A DNA stretch of 64,000 bases from Balanoglossus misakiensis (taxonomy: Eukaryota; Animalia; Hemichordata): contig CM082592.2 of the NCBI GenBank assembly GCA_040954595.2, positions 9,287,677-9,351,676 of the forward strand, read 5' to 3'. Below are positions 1-13,993 of the stretch, piece after piece. Position numbers and translations under genes: made by a program. Positions within the stretch are counted from its first letter, which is position 1. Each line of letters opens with the position of its first letter. Below the pieces are notes generated by a model that did no database searches, was not told where the DNA came from, and was given only the letters and a program-made list of their open reading frames with translations.

Positions 1-3000
1 CTGATGGTTTTTTGGACATGCTGTGCTCACACATATAGGAACATTAGTCTCACAACGGGTGACTGTTCTGCCTTGTTCTGGTATTGCAATTTTCATTAAC
101 CCTCAACCTTCAGTACGAAAGAGTGTTTGACACGATTAAGTGGTACCAGCATTCTTGTAACACGTCCAAAGCGACAAACGCATACATCAACTTTACACTG
201 AGCGAGTTTGCCAATTAAAATCAACGAAAAGCATTTCTGCAGATCCCGAAAATTGCGACCCGAAAGTTTTTGTGTTAGCATAGCCTTAAGCGCTGTTCAT
301 TTTCCGACTTAATGATTTGCAATTTAGGCGCGAACATGAACAGTTGATGATAGAAGCCGCGCTGAGCGTAGCTGCTTGCGGACCAAGTGATTCCAAACAA
401 TATTAAGCTAACTGTCACAATCAGTTAACAGTTTAATATATTTGTGCAGAGATTGAAAGGAAACAGCGTGGTGTACATTGTGTAGTACTTACCGCAGATC
501 CAGTGGATTGGTGAGAATTGATCAGGGTCTGCGCACAGAGTATATGTTCTGCAGTGTGGTCTGTCATGCGATATCCCTACTTATTATCGAACTCCGAAAG
601 ATTTACAGTTCTAAAGCGGCTGGACGCGACTGACAAGTAACGGGGCAGATTCTTGAAATGAGCCACTTCCATCCGTGTGAAGGAACGTCACATCCGAGTA
701 TGCGAAAATTCCCGAGGTTTCAAGTTCCACGACCGGTACAGGCACAAGCGGATGAATTGGTTCGCTGCGGTTCAGGGAAGTTCTGATATGCGAAACAACG
801 TAAGGGACATTCCATTCGCGAATGGTGGGTAGCAGGGGCTTGTACGTAGGCTTTGACGAGGTATGTAATGTATGTATGATCACTGGCGGCTAAACCATGC
901 AGTTCGGCAACGATAAGGGAACACAAACAAACAGTTGTATGTGAGTACCTTAAAGGGAACAGACCACTCGGAGGCGGGTGGAGCAATGCACGTTATCGCG
1001 AAAACGCTAGACTTTCCCGAACTTTCATTTCATGTTAATTAGAAACTTATTTCCTTGTTTATTCAACACGGGCATATATTCCCGAGTGCCATTAATTTCA
1101 CTTCATTGGATACGCTGGACTTGTTTTTAAGGAGCAACTCTTTTAAGGATTATAAGAATGGCTGTGTGGTTTTGTGCATGATTCGGTTGCTAGACGATGT
1201 TGTCAGAGGTGCATTTGAGAGCAGTCGTTTCCAAGTGAATATCGTAAATATAAATCAGTTTTTACCAATCTGTGTATAACTGTTGTAATCCAACCACTTT
1301 TGAAGTCCCCAGTCCGGGGGAACAGTCGGAGGCACATACTATTAATTACCATATAAATTTAAAATCAGTCACTTGTGATGAAAGTATTTCAGTGACTTAT
1401 GGCGCTAAAAGGATAGACAACGTGTACGTACGTACGTACGCCATTAAAATGACGGAACAACGACAATTTGCAAACCCAGAATCTCAATGGTTAAGAGTTA
1501 GCCCTCCCGCAAAATCAAATAAGGGTGAAACTCTTGTCTTCATGATCCCAGTAACTGAGACAATAATCTCGGGGTTTATTTCGTGGAGATGTGAGTAAAT
1601 TGACCACGTTTCTCCTGAAGAAATGTATACATCGTGCAAAAACGACTGCAGGGAAAGATGTCTACCTGATCAATTCATTGAACGCAACTCGTCGCGTCAG
1701 TACCATGCTATTGGGCTGTACAATCCTTTCGAATACACCCTTGTTATCTCTTTTATGGCGCATCAGGCAGCCCTGCATTTGATAAAAACCAATACATCAC
1801 AGGGTTTAGAACACGCGGAACATATGAAAGCTATTATTCCGAGTTTACGACCGGTGACCGCGATTGTCATTTGAACAATTAGTGTAGATGCCGACAACAA
1901 ACATGAATGTTTTGTCGTCTGAACAAAAGACTGGGAAAGAAAAGGTGCACCGAGAAACTTACGAATATCAATGACTCTTTTGAAAGCGCAATATGAAATA
2001 GTTTTGTAACTGACAGAATTTCACCAATTTCCGATCGCTGATAGCTTACATTTTCATTGTCTTTTTCAACATAATTTATGAGCTCATGATCGATGGTTTT
2101 GATGAAAGCCCCGGATAACGTATGTATGTGCGCCAGTAATTCATCAGCCGCAAAATTTGAACATGTTATGTTTTCCAGGACGTGTGATGTACTCTGTTAC
2201 ACCCAGACGTGTGAAAATACCAATTGAAGTGTCTTGTTTTCAATTAATTGATCGAAAATATCTTCTTTTTTCTCTACGAACTGTTTAAAATTTGATATAC
2301 CTAATTTAAATTTGGTGTCATTTAAAAATGAAAAGTTGTAACATAGGGAAACCAAATAATCCAACTGAGTAGTAGTAGGATTCCATGGATGTATTATGCT
2401 TTTTATGTAACAATTCCCATGTGTATAACCATGTCCAACCTGTTTGCAAATTGTCGCGATGAGACCCAACATTTGAGTGATGTATCCGTTTATTATTAGT
2501 CAACAGTACTTGTATACGCATCCCTCACGTAATTAAGTGCTTCACTCAAACTAATTTCAGATTGAAAGGAGAGTGATGACGAATAATGCTTGAAGTTGCA
2601 GCTGATTTGCCCCTTGAAAGATTGGTGCGTATTGCTATACTCGAAATAATAACAGCTTTAAAGATGGGATATCACTAGCAATTATGAGGGTTAATTAACG
2701 GATTTCTTTACATTTCAATGCATCTGTATTTTCTATTCCAACTTCATCAACTACTGTTGTAACAATGTCCGTGTGTATATGGCACATGTGATTCCTTGCT
2801 TGTCATTGCTATCACAGTCTGTTGACGGCCCGTCAAAGACAAAGAGCACATGGCAAGAAAAAGAAATGGATGAGACGTAAATGAGGACAGCCGCTCAGTC
2901 ATGCATCTAATATAGGTTTGCATAAAAGATTCCATGTATCTGTGGCACGCAAATCCTGAAATATTGCACGGAATTTGTAAAGCAATCCACAACCTTTTCA

Positions 3001-6000
3001 CACGACCGAGCTGCAACTGTTCTCTGGTTTTTGTAAACATTCGCGTTCGACGTCGACCGTCTTGTCGACAGCTGTATTGTGCTACGTAAATTAGAATTGT
3101 CAGTGATACAAAGACGGAATAATTAGAACTGTCACGAATGTGTTTGCCAAAGGTGTTGAGGTCAATTTCATTTTTATTTATTATCACCCAGATACGAGAC
3201 CACTTGCGTAAGGCATAGGGGGTCAATGGGAGAAAACGTTGGTCTCCCAACTGAGTCTGGGGGGTATGATGTGGAGCACACAGGTGCATGTTGGATCACT
3301 TTTAGCCGAGTATTACAATTGCCAAAATAATTCACGCCAGACTATCTAATCAGTTAAGCTGTTGACTGGTATGAAACAGTAATGCAGTGTATATACCTAT
3401 AAGATTCGAAGTATTCCTTCCCCTCTGTAAGACAGAATATGTGTCAGCGATCCTGATGTACGTGTCATTATAACAACGCTGTATCTTTTCAAGTGATTAT
3501 ATACTCTCGGAATCTGACGGATGTGATTGCTCATAAGCTCCCGCTAAAGCATTGAAAACCGTCTGAGGTCCACGGAAATGAATGACCGGCTGAGTAACAT
3601 AACAGGAACACCAGAAACCATGAACTAAGAATCATTAATCGTGACGTTTCCCTTTATGCAGGTGCCAGATCGGATTGTCAAGTATTAAAAAGACACCAAG
3701 TGTCCGGCGATATATGATTGTCAAAATAGGGTAAAATACTATAATCAGATGTGTGCGATAATCGCTTTACCTACTTAATGTACAGTGCAACAGCTGAGGA
3801 AGAAAAGTATTACTGGAACAGTTGTCATTTTCTTTCTGTTGTGACTTTCGTAATCTTGCACATTAATTCACACAGTCTGCGAACAGACTACAAAAGTCAC
3901 AACATGTGTAAATACAATTGATTTGTTGAGACAACACAAGAACAGTCAGACTAAAATACTTGTCGGAATTTGTACAAAGACTCCTCACATACAGCAAAGA
4001 ACTGAAAGGGTTGGAGGACTATCATTTTTTCTGAAAATCTATCCCCCAGGGGCATATTACTATAAGTCCTGACTTACATCCAGTTTCCGATACTACAATA
4101 TGTTGAATTAAGGTGTATTCTTATTTATCTATAGCTCTAGATTTGATGGTTCGCACATTTATGTAGTTCTGAAGAATTTGAAACCATGTCAGTCAGTCAG
4201 TTCACAATATCCTAATTGTCGGTCGACAGAAAAGACAATATATTGGATGGCACGCTATTAGGTATTAAGTACTACATATCGATGGTGATGATACGTACTT
4301 CGTCAGCCATGAACATTCACATATTCTCAACGATATTGTGATGTATCGTATATTCCGAAATAATCAAGTGAGATGATCAACGCAGAGACATGCTGACGCC
4401 GACCACACGTCGTCCGTTTAATTCGTTTAACTTGATAGCGATTTCATTTCGATTATAATGTTCTATAAATTTCAGTCATTTTTTTCTCGTTTCCTTTGAT
4501 ACAGTTATTGAACTCAGAACTGGTGTACATTGTTACGGTGACTGGATCAAATTGTGTCTACGTCAGATTTCTGTTTCCAGGCGGCGAATGGTTTTCCAGC
4601 ATGCAGAAACACATGAAAATGGATGACAAATATGGCGACTCTACATTTGCATACAAGACTTTTCCCGCCTAAACGAGCTAACTAGATCTTAATTTACATT
4701 TCCAATCATAAACTTTTCACAAAGAATAAAAACAGTAGCTTATTGGGCATTTCTGTCTGCGGGTAAATGTCCAGTGTAGCAAATGTGATCGATGCAAATT
4801 CTTCTCATCATTATCACTCATCATTTGAGAAAATAGCTCATAATCATTTATAAATCGTTCAGAAACTGCCCATTCGCGACAGTTGTACGTACGTACCGTG
4901 TAACACGCCATTATCCAACAGTACGGCATACGCGGCTGAATTCATACGCTGCATGGGTAAAAGTGACGAACGGATAATCTGCTGTTGATGGATCGATACC
5001 GTAATGTATTGTCCCTCTAGTCCTGATCGCTGAGGAGTACGGTACTCAGCGATGGAAGTGTGCCCAAGTGAGTTCTTCTTTTAAATGAGCAAGCTCCCAA
5101 ATGAAACCCAAGCATATTGCGTCTTATGCAACTTCAATGCAGAGCACGAAGTCTCGTGAGCTTATACGTATACACCGCCATCTTGAATATATGCATATTT
5201 TGAATGATAAAATACCCAAATCATCTAATTGTGGAAAACGGCACCTCAGCACCTCATTTTTAAAATCACCCAGAGGAAATTATGCACTCATGAACATGAC
5301 AAGAAAATTGACTTTTTAACACACAATTAATTGGGCAGATTTATACATGTAAACAATTAAATTGTCACACCTGAGCTCTCTTCGGTCTGTGATTATTAAC
5401 TGAACTGTTAAATTAATATAATCGTTTTCATGTTTAAATGTAATTATTCTTCTGCTCCAATAATTAAAATCAAATTTCTATACAAGGAAACCGCTCCCAC
5501 AACGGTGTATGTATTTAAGTTGCCGGCTGTTGTTCCATTCGTCAAATTCTACTACTTATTCTTTTTCTTTATTGACTCCCGACGAAACCCGATTTTTTTA
5601 GAACTCTAAACATCATGAAACAAAGATTTTCACTTGTTTAGATCTGAACTTATAGTACTCTTTTGTTTGTTTTTTTAACCACACCACTTAATTAAAAAGT
5701 ATCGAACGGGTCATGGTATAATTATGGTATTATTGGTCCTATTGATTTTGCCGCATCTAATAATGATAAGTTCGTTATTAGAATTACTGACTATAATCAC
5801 AGTCCCTCTGTGCTATAATGAAGAATAAGGACCCACGTGATAGGGTGATAATGACGCATGATTACGAAAATCCGTAAGTGACGTCATACATGCCAACTCA
5901 TTGCCGCAGGACTTCTGTTCAACTTCCTAAAACACGAACAACAGCAAGTGTTTTTATTTTTACTTGTGTAACCCGTCTATGGCAATGTTTTCATATTCCA

Positions 6001-7643
6001 GAATACTAGTATTCCTTGAGCATTGCACTGTACGTCGCAGTACTGCTACGTTTTGGTACAGAGAGACGTGTGAATGTATGGAAACCCTAGTGAAATGTTC
6101 GTAGGACTATACACTTCAGTTTTGAAATTAAGTTTAATCATTCGACCTTCCGGTGTGACCTAACTTGTCAACGACGGCCAGTCATAAACACAGCACTTGC
6201 AGTAACAGACTCTAATGTAATAGGCAATGTGACAACTCCACCTGACAGGGCTAATTGGTTTCTTTATTAAAGTTTATTGGCTCTGCGTTCTGGCAGATTT
6301 CAATACAGCACAACACCGATCCGTTTCCACGCACTGGGTTAAAAGTAATCGACTCCGAGCGTTTTCTGTCTCTGATATCAGTCTCTGCAATAATTGGTTC
6401 AACGACCCAGAAGCTGTTTCTCTTCAACGTATTCTGATGATTTCAACTTTAAAATCACATCGTCGCTGCGGCGTGTAATTAAATTGTGATCACACACATA
6501 CTTCCATTCTTGCCATGAGGCGGCTCGCCGTCACGTTTTTACAATCTGTGTGTCGCCGACTTGAGCAATGATCAAATACGTGTGATATTTCGGGTCACAC
6601 CGGGTTTACTGCAAAGTATGATCTGCAGTGCATTTTCATAAAAAAATCTAGCGTGCCCCGCAGTGTATAAGCATCATACAAGCTACATGCCTTTATTACA
6701 TGCCCCAACGCCCCTTAAATTCATTACAGTGATTTCAAATGACTTAATTTGGAACACCCGGGAATTCTGCAATCCAGTTAGACTTGTACAGATGGGCTTT
6801 TCAGACTATGGTCCGGCAAAACCGCCATACTCAGAACTACTTTTGTGTGTCATGTTGAAGTTCGGACATGGCCGCATAACACAAAGCAGTGATATATCCC
6901 TACGCGCTGTACCGGTCCTAATTTCGGTTCATTTTCAAGATTTCTGAGTTACTTACCTTAGAGAAAATTCAAGTACGAATTGCCACAATAAGTTTATTAT
7001 CTAAAACACCAAGTTCTTCATACGCAAGCACCAATATTTTCATGTAATTTCAGCAGAACTGCAGTCTGTCTCTGTTCTGCCCTACTCTACACTAATCTAA
7101 TAAACAAGGACTAATATCCACTGTAAAGTTATGTAATATGCGCATGGACATTCTCATTGGCATTAAAACCAACACTTCTGGCAATAACACGATTAACAAA
7201 ACCCTATCTCTTTATTAAATCTCAACAATATAAACTGGATATTATTTCAGAGACAATATGATAATTTGATTATGGTAAATATTTTCCGCGTAATTAAATA
7301 TAGCCAGTATTGTGCGTTGTTCTTCCCAGTGCAATTATTTTGCAAATCGATCATCTGCATATACAGAAATATGACCCCAGGTGGTTTCCATGGACACCTG
7401 AAGCAGCTTAAAGGATTCAGAAAAAGTGTTCCAGTCGTGCCTAAAATGAAATGCAATCGGTATAATCTGATCTCTCTGATATAGGCTGCACTGGAACTCT
7501 GCGATAACTCTTCAAAGGCAAAAATAAAATGCGCAATTTCAATAAAGTGCTACCAAATCGCTACACATCTAATCAGGGATGATTTAAAGCGACGTTTGAA
7601 AACATCCAAAGTGTTTTGTATCGCCATTTATTTATGAGTTTAC

Positions 7644-8023
7644 CTTTTAACATTTTCGTAAGCTCGCGCTTTATCACGATGCGCTTTGTACGCCCGGTGT
7701 TTGTTATGATGCGGCAAGTGATATGAACATGCAGTTTCTGCCTGTCTGTCTCCCCTATCCCCATTGTTCGTCTTACAATTGCTTATGTCAAAATGTCTGC
7801 ACTCAAAATCAATGCAGAGGTTTCGGTAGTCGTCAAACCTGAGCGACGGCGTTGGAGAATAAGTCCGCATAGCTTGGCTCATTTCACCCTTTTCGAAATT
7901 GGCAGATGGAGGAATACAGCAGATCAGTCTGGGAGACGGGTAGTCTGTTTGGGGGGGAGAATTGCTTTCTAAATCCCCGTCTCCTTCCTTTCTTGAAGAT
8001 TGTTGCTGGCCTTTATACAACAT
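7644..8023 (-). CDS. Probable first coding exon of an unidentified gene that continues leftwards, probably beyond the window
   Basis: ATG at 8023 opens 126 codons (MLYKGQQQSSRKEGDG...KARAYENVK) and ends at a good donor, AAAAG|GTAAAC, at 7644 (phase 2). There is a possible upstream acceptor (ttttgacag) at about 8227. No domain recognised and no downstream exon identified. Confidence 0.45.
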
Positions 8024-10294
8024 GATGCGTGACCTTTTAGATGCACTGTTTTGCTCGTAGGCTCACAGGTACGACTGCTACGCAGAGAGTGGAATTTATC
8101 TGTTAATTTAGCCAATTTCCCTCGACGGCTTGGATGAGATAGCTGCAATCAGTGCCTGGACGGCGGAGGCGCTTCGCCTTGCTCTGGTGTTGCCGCGGGT
8201 CTGGAACGTGACCCTTCCAATGCCTTCTGTCAAAACACTACATTGCTACCACTTGGGTAAAAACAACCCTTGTTTCAAGTCAGTCCTTATCTGAAATGTC
8301 AGCTTCAAAATTAATGGCTTACTCAAGTCATAATGGCCGCAGTAAATTTTGTGGATTTTTTTCAACGCTTTTCCTGCAGAATTCCAAAAGTGTGTCAAAA
8401 TGATTGCCCACTTTCTAACTATGAGTAATCAAACTATTCATGATAGTCAACTATATTTGCTCTATACTGTAGTATAGACGATTATCACCATTTCGGCAGA
8501 TCAACCGCAAAGTCGTTGACCTTGCTCATAGAAATTATACTCATATCACATAGCCTTAACGAGATGCTTATTAACCAAAGTTGAAACATGGAATCTCTCC
8601 TGCGATCAGCAGCGTTGATCAGGCTGCACCGAAGAATGATAAATGGTTAAGTTTTGAAATTGAACGCAAAGTCGAGTTGCAATTTAGCAGGTATCGCTTG
8701 ATCGAGGTGTACGTGTGACATCACCGATGTTCAAGAACAGAACCATCATTACTGTAAATGAGCATTTCCTAGATGGAGATCGGACAATCGATAGCCACGT
8801 GCGTTTTATATTCCGACGGGCTGCAAGGGCTAATGTGTTGGGAGTGATTATTGCTGAGGCACTGTTGTGAATCGCAATTCACCGTACAGTACAAGAGTCA
8901 CACTGAAGTCCCTTCTCTTTGTTTTTAAGGTTCAATGGTAAAGAAAGATATATTCCAAATGAAATTTCCCAACAGTGCTTTTGAGCAATCCCCACATCAT
9001 CTATATATGTAAGTATATATCATTTTTTTTCGAAAGTTCGCTGAGGTTGTAGTCGTTATGCCAATTTGTAGGGGGGGGGGGCTAATGTACAGATCTAAGA
9101 ACTCTTCTTTCAGCATGACTCAGTCCAACATAAATAGCTCTCTACCCAAGAATACCAAAAGACAGTGACTTTGTCTCTTTGAGCAATTCAGGTACTACCG
9201 TTATCTCCATGATATGACACAAGCGGAAATGTTGTCATAAACGATAAGGGTCGTTAGTTAGGTCCCTATTGAAGCCACTTTCTTTGCGATGTCTATCGTT
9301 TTTATTGGACTCCTGACAATGCGGGGAATGGTATTTCTGTACGGAAGTACTCATTTACGCTCTTTACTGTCGTTTTGAAACTAGAAGCAGACTTTCGCTG
9401 GTCAACGATAACTTTCCGCTAATAGGCTACTACTGCAGCCTAAAAACCACGCACGTGATACGCGGTAGGATATTCGCGCAGTCGCAAAAGTGCACATGTA
9501 ATGCCTCATCTTAGTGCAGCGTCCCGTGAAGGTAACTACGCGATAGCGAAAGGGCAAGAATGCACTGGCATTTAACTTAGGCCAACGCAGCGAGTTTCTC
9601 GTGCTTTGTTTGAGGTGCTATGGCAAATCACTGTGACCCATCATAATTTAGTACAAATGACAAAAGGTTTACGAACTTTTGAGTTTGAAATTCGTTTAAA
9701 CGTGTCAGAAAACAAGTTGTTGAACAGTTTGTGTTTTCATGAACAGAAAACAGCATGGCAATTAAGCCACGCATGAAAGGATTACAGTTGTATTATCAAT
9801 TTTATTTAATCGGGCCGAGAGGACAGTAGGCGGTTTATAGTCAAACAGCTGCGCTCATTTCGAGAAGCAAGGTTGGCGTTTATCGCAAGTCTAAACATGA
9901 AGCGAAAATATTAAGACGGTGCGAACGTGAGACGTTAGACCGAAACGCACCGCAAAAACAGAATCAATGCTTAGCAAAACTCATATACACGCATGACGTT
10001 TTTGCTTGTGAATCGGCGCGCAGTCACGGAAAGGCTAATGGAGCAAAACACGCGCATTTTGGGGACCGCGGCAAGTCGAGACCTGTATCGTGGTAACAGC
10101 ACGATTTGACACCGCGCACAGATTTATCAAAAAATAAATTGTTCGTGAAATCAACCGCGTTTCACTAAAATATCGACACCAAGGCACGTCAGTCAACGCA
10201 GGCTGATGTTAAAATCCACGATGCGTTGACGTGTGAGAGAAAATTGCCATGTACGACTCTATAGAATATCATGACAAAGTACAACGCAACATTT

Positions 10295-10318
10295 CTGTCT
10301 GTCTCTCTCTGTCCTTTG

Positions 10319-10358
<40 letters not shown>

Positions 10359-10368
10359 TTTCTCCTTT
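10295..10368. repeat. (CT)n/(GA)n microsatellite
   Basis: Pure (tc)n run at about 10321-10354 with degenerate CT-rich flanks. Confidence 0.9.
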
Positions 10369-10658
10369 TGTAGTATGAGACACACCTGAATTTAGTTACA
10401 CAACTCGCACTTTTCGTTGTTTGCACGTCTTTGAGTGTAGCTAGGAGATTCTATTTTAAGAAAAGGTCGTAGTTTACACCAATTGTAGTTCGAACCTGGT
10501 TGCGCGAGAAGAATGGCATTTCGTTTGATTTAGTACCACAGAATGGTTTGTCAAAGAAGGGATAGTCACATTCTAGTGACAGGTAAATAGACGCACGGCT
10601 ATGATGAATCACGCCATAATTCACTCTTAATCTGATCGTCAGAGGTCGATTTTCTTAC

Positions 10659-10760
10659 CTTGCTATATGTGAGCTTGCCACCTGCCTGTTACGCGAACAA
10701 AAACATACCGGTACACATACAAGTCCAGTCACAAAATGGCCACAAATGGCGCGAAGGATT
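10659..10760 (-). other. Possible non-coding 5' exon / promoter-proximal region
   Basis: Strong minus-strand donor CAAG|GTAAGA at 10659. YY1-like AAAATGGC/AAATGGCG motifs at about 10733-10751 in CpG-rich sequence. The upstream boundary is a guess. Confidence 0.25.
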
Positions 10761-11725
10761 CCGGGACCAGGCAGACGACACCCCCCGACAACGGAACTGC
10801 CAGTGCACGAAGAAGGCATGGGTGTCGTGTACTGACACCCGTGGTGTGCGTGACATTGACAAATAGCGAGAACAGATGGCGCAATTAATGGCAGCTACAC
10901 AGATTTGACATAGGCCTTCTGTACTTCATCCCACTTTTGCCGGAACGATGTCCCCCAAATATTCAGCAAATGATTGAGTGCTTACACGGCGCCATGTGTT
11001 CACAAAATTAAACGCTTTACAACAGAAACAATGGCGATAATGAGAACTCGGGAACATGAACATTAAGATTAAATGTCAGCACGACAATGGATAAAACCGG
11101 GCGTGAAAAATGTCTAAAACGTCCCAGAAAAGGACAGTTGAAGTTAGGTTATCATAGAGCTACATGTAACAATCGTGAATATACTCACGCAATATGAGAC
11201 ACGTATACAAACTTTCCAAGAGACAAGCTTTTAGATACACTCGACCAGTAATGTCTTAGTTCGCCAAAGTGGCAGGCTGTAATACAGTGTTTTTGTGGTT
11301 GATGGCTGATTAAGTTAATCGTTTCTTTGAATTGCTGTAAGTGACATACACTCAAGAACAGCTGTAAAACTTCAAACCAAGATGTAATGCAGGTTATTAT
11401 TCGAAAGGGCGGCATCAACTGCAGCGGATGTGAGAAGACCGGGAATATAACAATACATGTATTAATGTTTCTTTGACAACATAAGAATACTGTTGAAGCC
11501 AGCCTTCTTGATAGTTTAGCCTTTCATTTATGTCCCCATTGGAATGCTTAACAGGAAAGGTGAAGAAACCGTGGATGTCCGATCGAAACCACCATAATTG
11601 TGCAGACGGATATTGCGTACGTGTAATGTCTTGGAAATTACCGTGCGATCAATGTCGACTTGTCCTGATCGGTAAATGATTGAAGTATGTCGCACGGTCG
11701 ATGGTATTATAACGTGACAGTATGT

Positions 11726-11768
11726 CATCACCATCGTCGTTCATCGTCATCATCATCATCGTCGTCGT
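11726..11768. repeat. Degenerate (CAT/CGT)n trinucleotide repeat
   Basis: catcaccatcgtcgttcatcgtcatcatcatcatcgtcgtcgt. Confidence 0.75.
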
Positions 11769-13993
11769 GGTAAACAACAACAACGTATGTCTTTGCCGTC
11801 ATACGGCCGAATGAACCACCATTCCAATTGTCATTGCAACCTTTATTTAAATTAAATATCTGAGGGATCGTATGGTACCATGTACCGGGTATGATGGATA
11901 TAACAATAGTTTCCACGTTGTCGTATTCTTGAAACAAATACGAACTGGACAGGAATGGCTTTTCTGCGTCGTCTCGGAGACCACATTAGCAAATTGACCT
12001 TCTCTTTTCTATAGTCCTCCCAGACGCGGCTTTCATCCAAGGCCGATTAGACCATTGCGGTGGCACTCAAGTGAAAGACAGTGAACATCGGCATGCGAAC
12101 GCCAGAGAAGCGAAGTCTGTCAATTGACGCGTCGATAATCCCGTCGTAGATTCGCTTTATCGAGCTATTAACCAAAACCAATGATGTTGTTTTTTTTGGC
12201 GAGGGACCTTAATCAATCAGACGCGTCTTCTCGGGCGCTTCCAATTACCACATCTCGCCGTATAGCCGTTGGCGCGGTGTTTTTACGAACCTCACCAAGA
12301 GATGCACGTATAGCGGAGATAATTGAGGCTTCAAGCTGAAATTACACGATGTAAAAAGTGCGGCTACTGCCGTTTATGGTTTTTATGTGTGAGCGTGTAA
12401 CTAAGAAACAAACTTTTGCTGAAAGTTTATTGGAATCTCTTAGTTGAACATTCTATCTTCAGTATGTTGGAAAGCAGTTTTTGCGGTGCATGTCTATTGT
12501 GTATGAAATAAATGAGGATCGGTTGAGTTCACGTTATTTAACGCAATATTTCGAATTAATTCGAACGCTCACTTTTCTATTTGATTTTCCTATCTATATT
12601 TTGTATCATCAGAAAACATCTTGCAGCATTTTGAATGCTGGTCAGGTCTCGCAACAGCGTGCATTTTACTCCATCTTAGAAGAAACTGTCACCATTAGTC
12701 AAATTGTGCCAATAAATGCCGCAGTTCGGACGCACGTGGTGAAAAAGGTATCAGACCGCCATTTTGTTAAAAAAGTACAAGGAGCAGTTCATCTTGCCAG
12801 GGGCAAATTTAAAAGATGTCAAATAATTTTAACGAGATCTCCCTGGAGAAAATATGAACACAGAAATAAAAATTTTGATCGATTTTCTTTACAATTAAAA
12901 ATGCTGTCGGGGAGAATTACGAGATCGTGTCGAGATCGTACGAGCACATGACACCTGTCGTCAAGAGTTTAATTGAAGCAGCTGACCTCTGCAGTCTGTC
13001 GCGACGCCATATTTCATGTTTTACGCCTCGTTTTCGTTTACCGTCTCGTAACTCTGTCATAAAAAGAAAGTGCTTTACTCGTGTATTTCTTCCATTTGAA
13101 GTGTCTGCGTGACCTTCACAATGCACTCTTTGTTTGTTTTTTATGGAACTGCATTAACACAGCTGCCAAATTTTAATCATATTTTTACCACTCAAGTCAG
13201 TCTCGCCTATAGTTTATAGTCTCGATTTGTGTTTTTACGTGGATCAGCCTGCAATGTCTACTTGGCAACAACTTGATAACTGAGTGGGCGTGAGTCCATC
13301 CAGCACAGACGAGATATCCCATGGAAGCAGCTATGTCCAGACTGGCGTTGTGGCCAGTGTTTATCTGTTGACACAGATACCCGGGTCTTCTTTAAACATG
13401 GTGATTACATTGACAACGAAATCAGTATACGAGTGGAGAATTTGCAGTTCATGACTACAAGAATGAGTGAAGAGGAAAGACGAGACAGACAGACGCACAT
13501 ATTTATATCAGAAGATGCAGATAACGATAGACTGACGACTAGACGCATTGAAGTCTGCTTAGTTGAAACATTTTCAACAACAAATAAGTGCTTGGTGTAA
13601 CTGTTTCATAACTTCGCATTTCATTTTATTATTCTCCATAAATATTGGACACGCGCATTAAAAATGACAGTTCAGTTTTAGAAGTTGGATCACCTGTTCA
13701 TTACGTCAGTGCAGTCGGTGAAATAGTAGTAGAATCAATATGCAAATTACTTGTTATGAAAACGTGGTACTCGCAATTCTAGTTCTGCACACACTAACAC
13801 ACACGTCAAATTTAAACAAAGTACGCCTTCAAAATGAGATAGATATTGCGGCAGAGTAAGGTAAGAAATTGATTTTGACCATAAACAGTTTATTTACAAT
13901 CAAGATTTCAAGTTCAATGCTCCCAGACATTCATTCGCGACATTTGTTCCCGGACTGGTGGACTAAAATTCCCTATGTCATTCCACGATGTTG

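Noticed and set aside
493-567. PDE4-like first exon ('HWIC' resembling RRHSWIC)
   Set aside because: The match is only three or four residues, in a frame with no ATG and an upstream stop; not enough to name the gene.
2747-3289. Minus-strand ORF of 180 aa (likewise 12481-12951 on the plus strand)
   Set aside because: Composition typical of non-coding DNA, with no transposase or other domain motif recognised.
10465-10510. tRNA/SINE B-box (GTTCGAACC)
   Set aside because: No convincing A-box, cloverleaf or tail around it.
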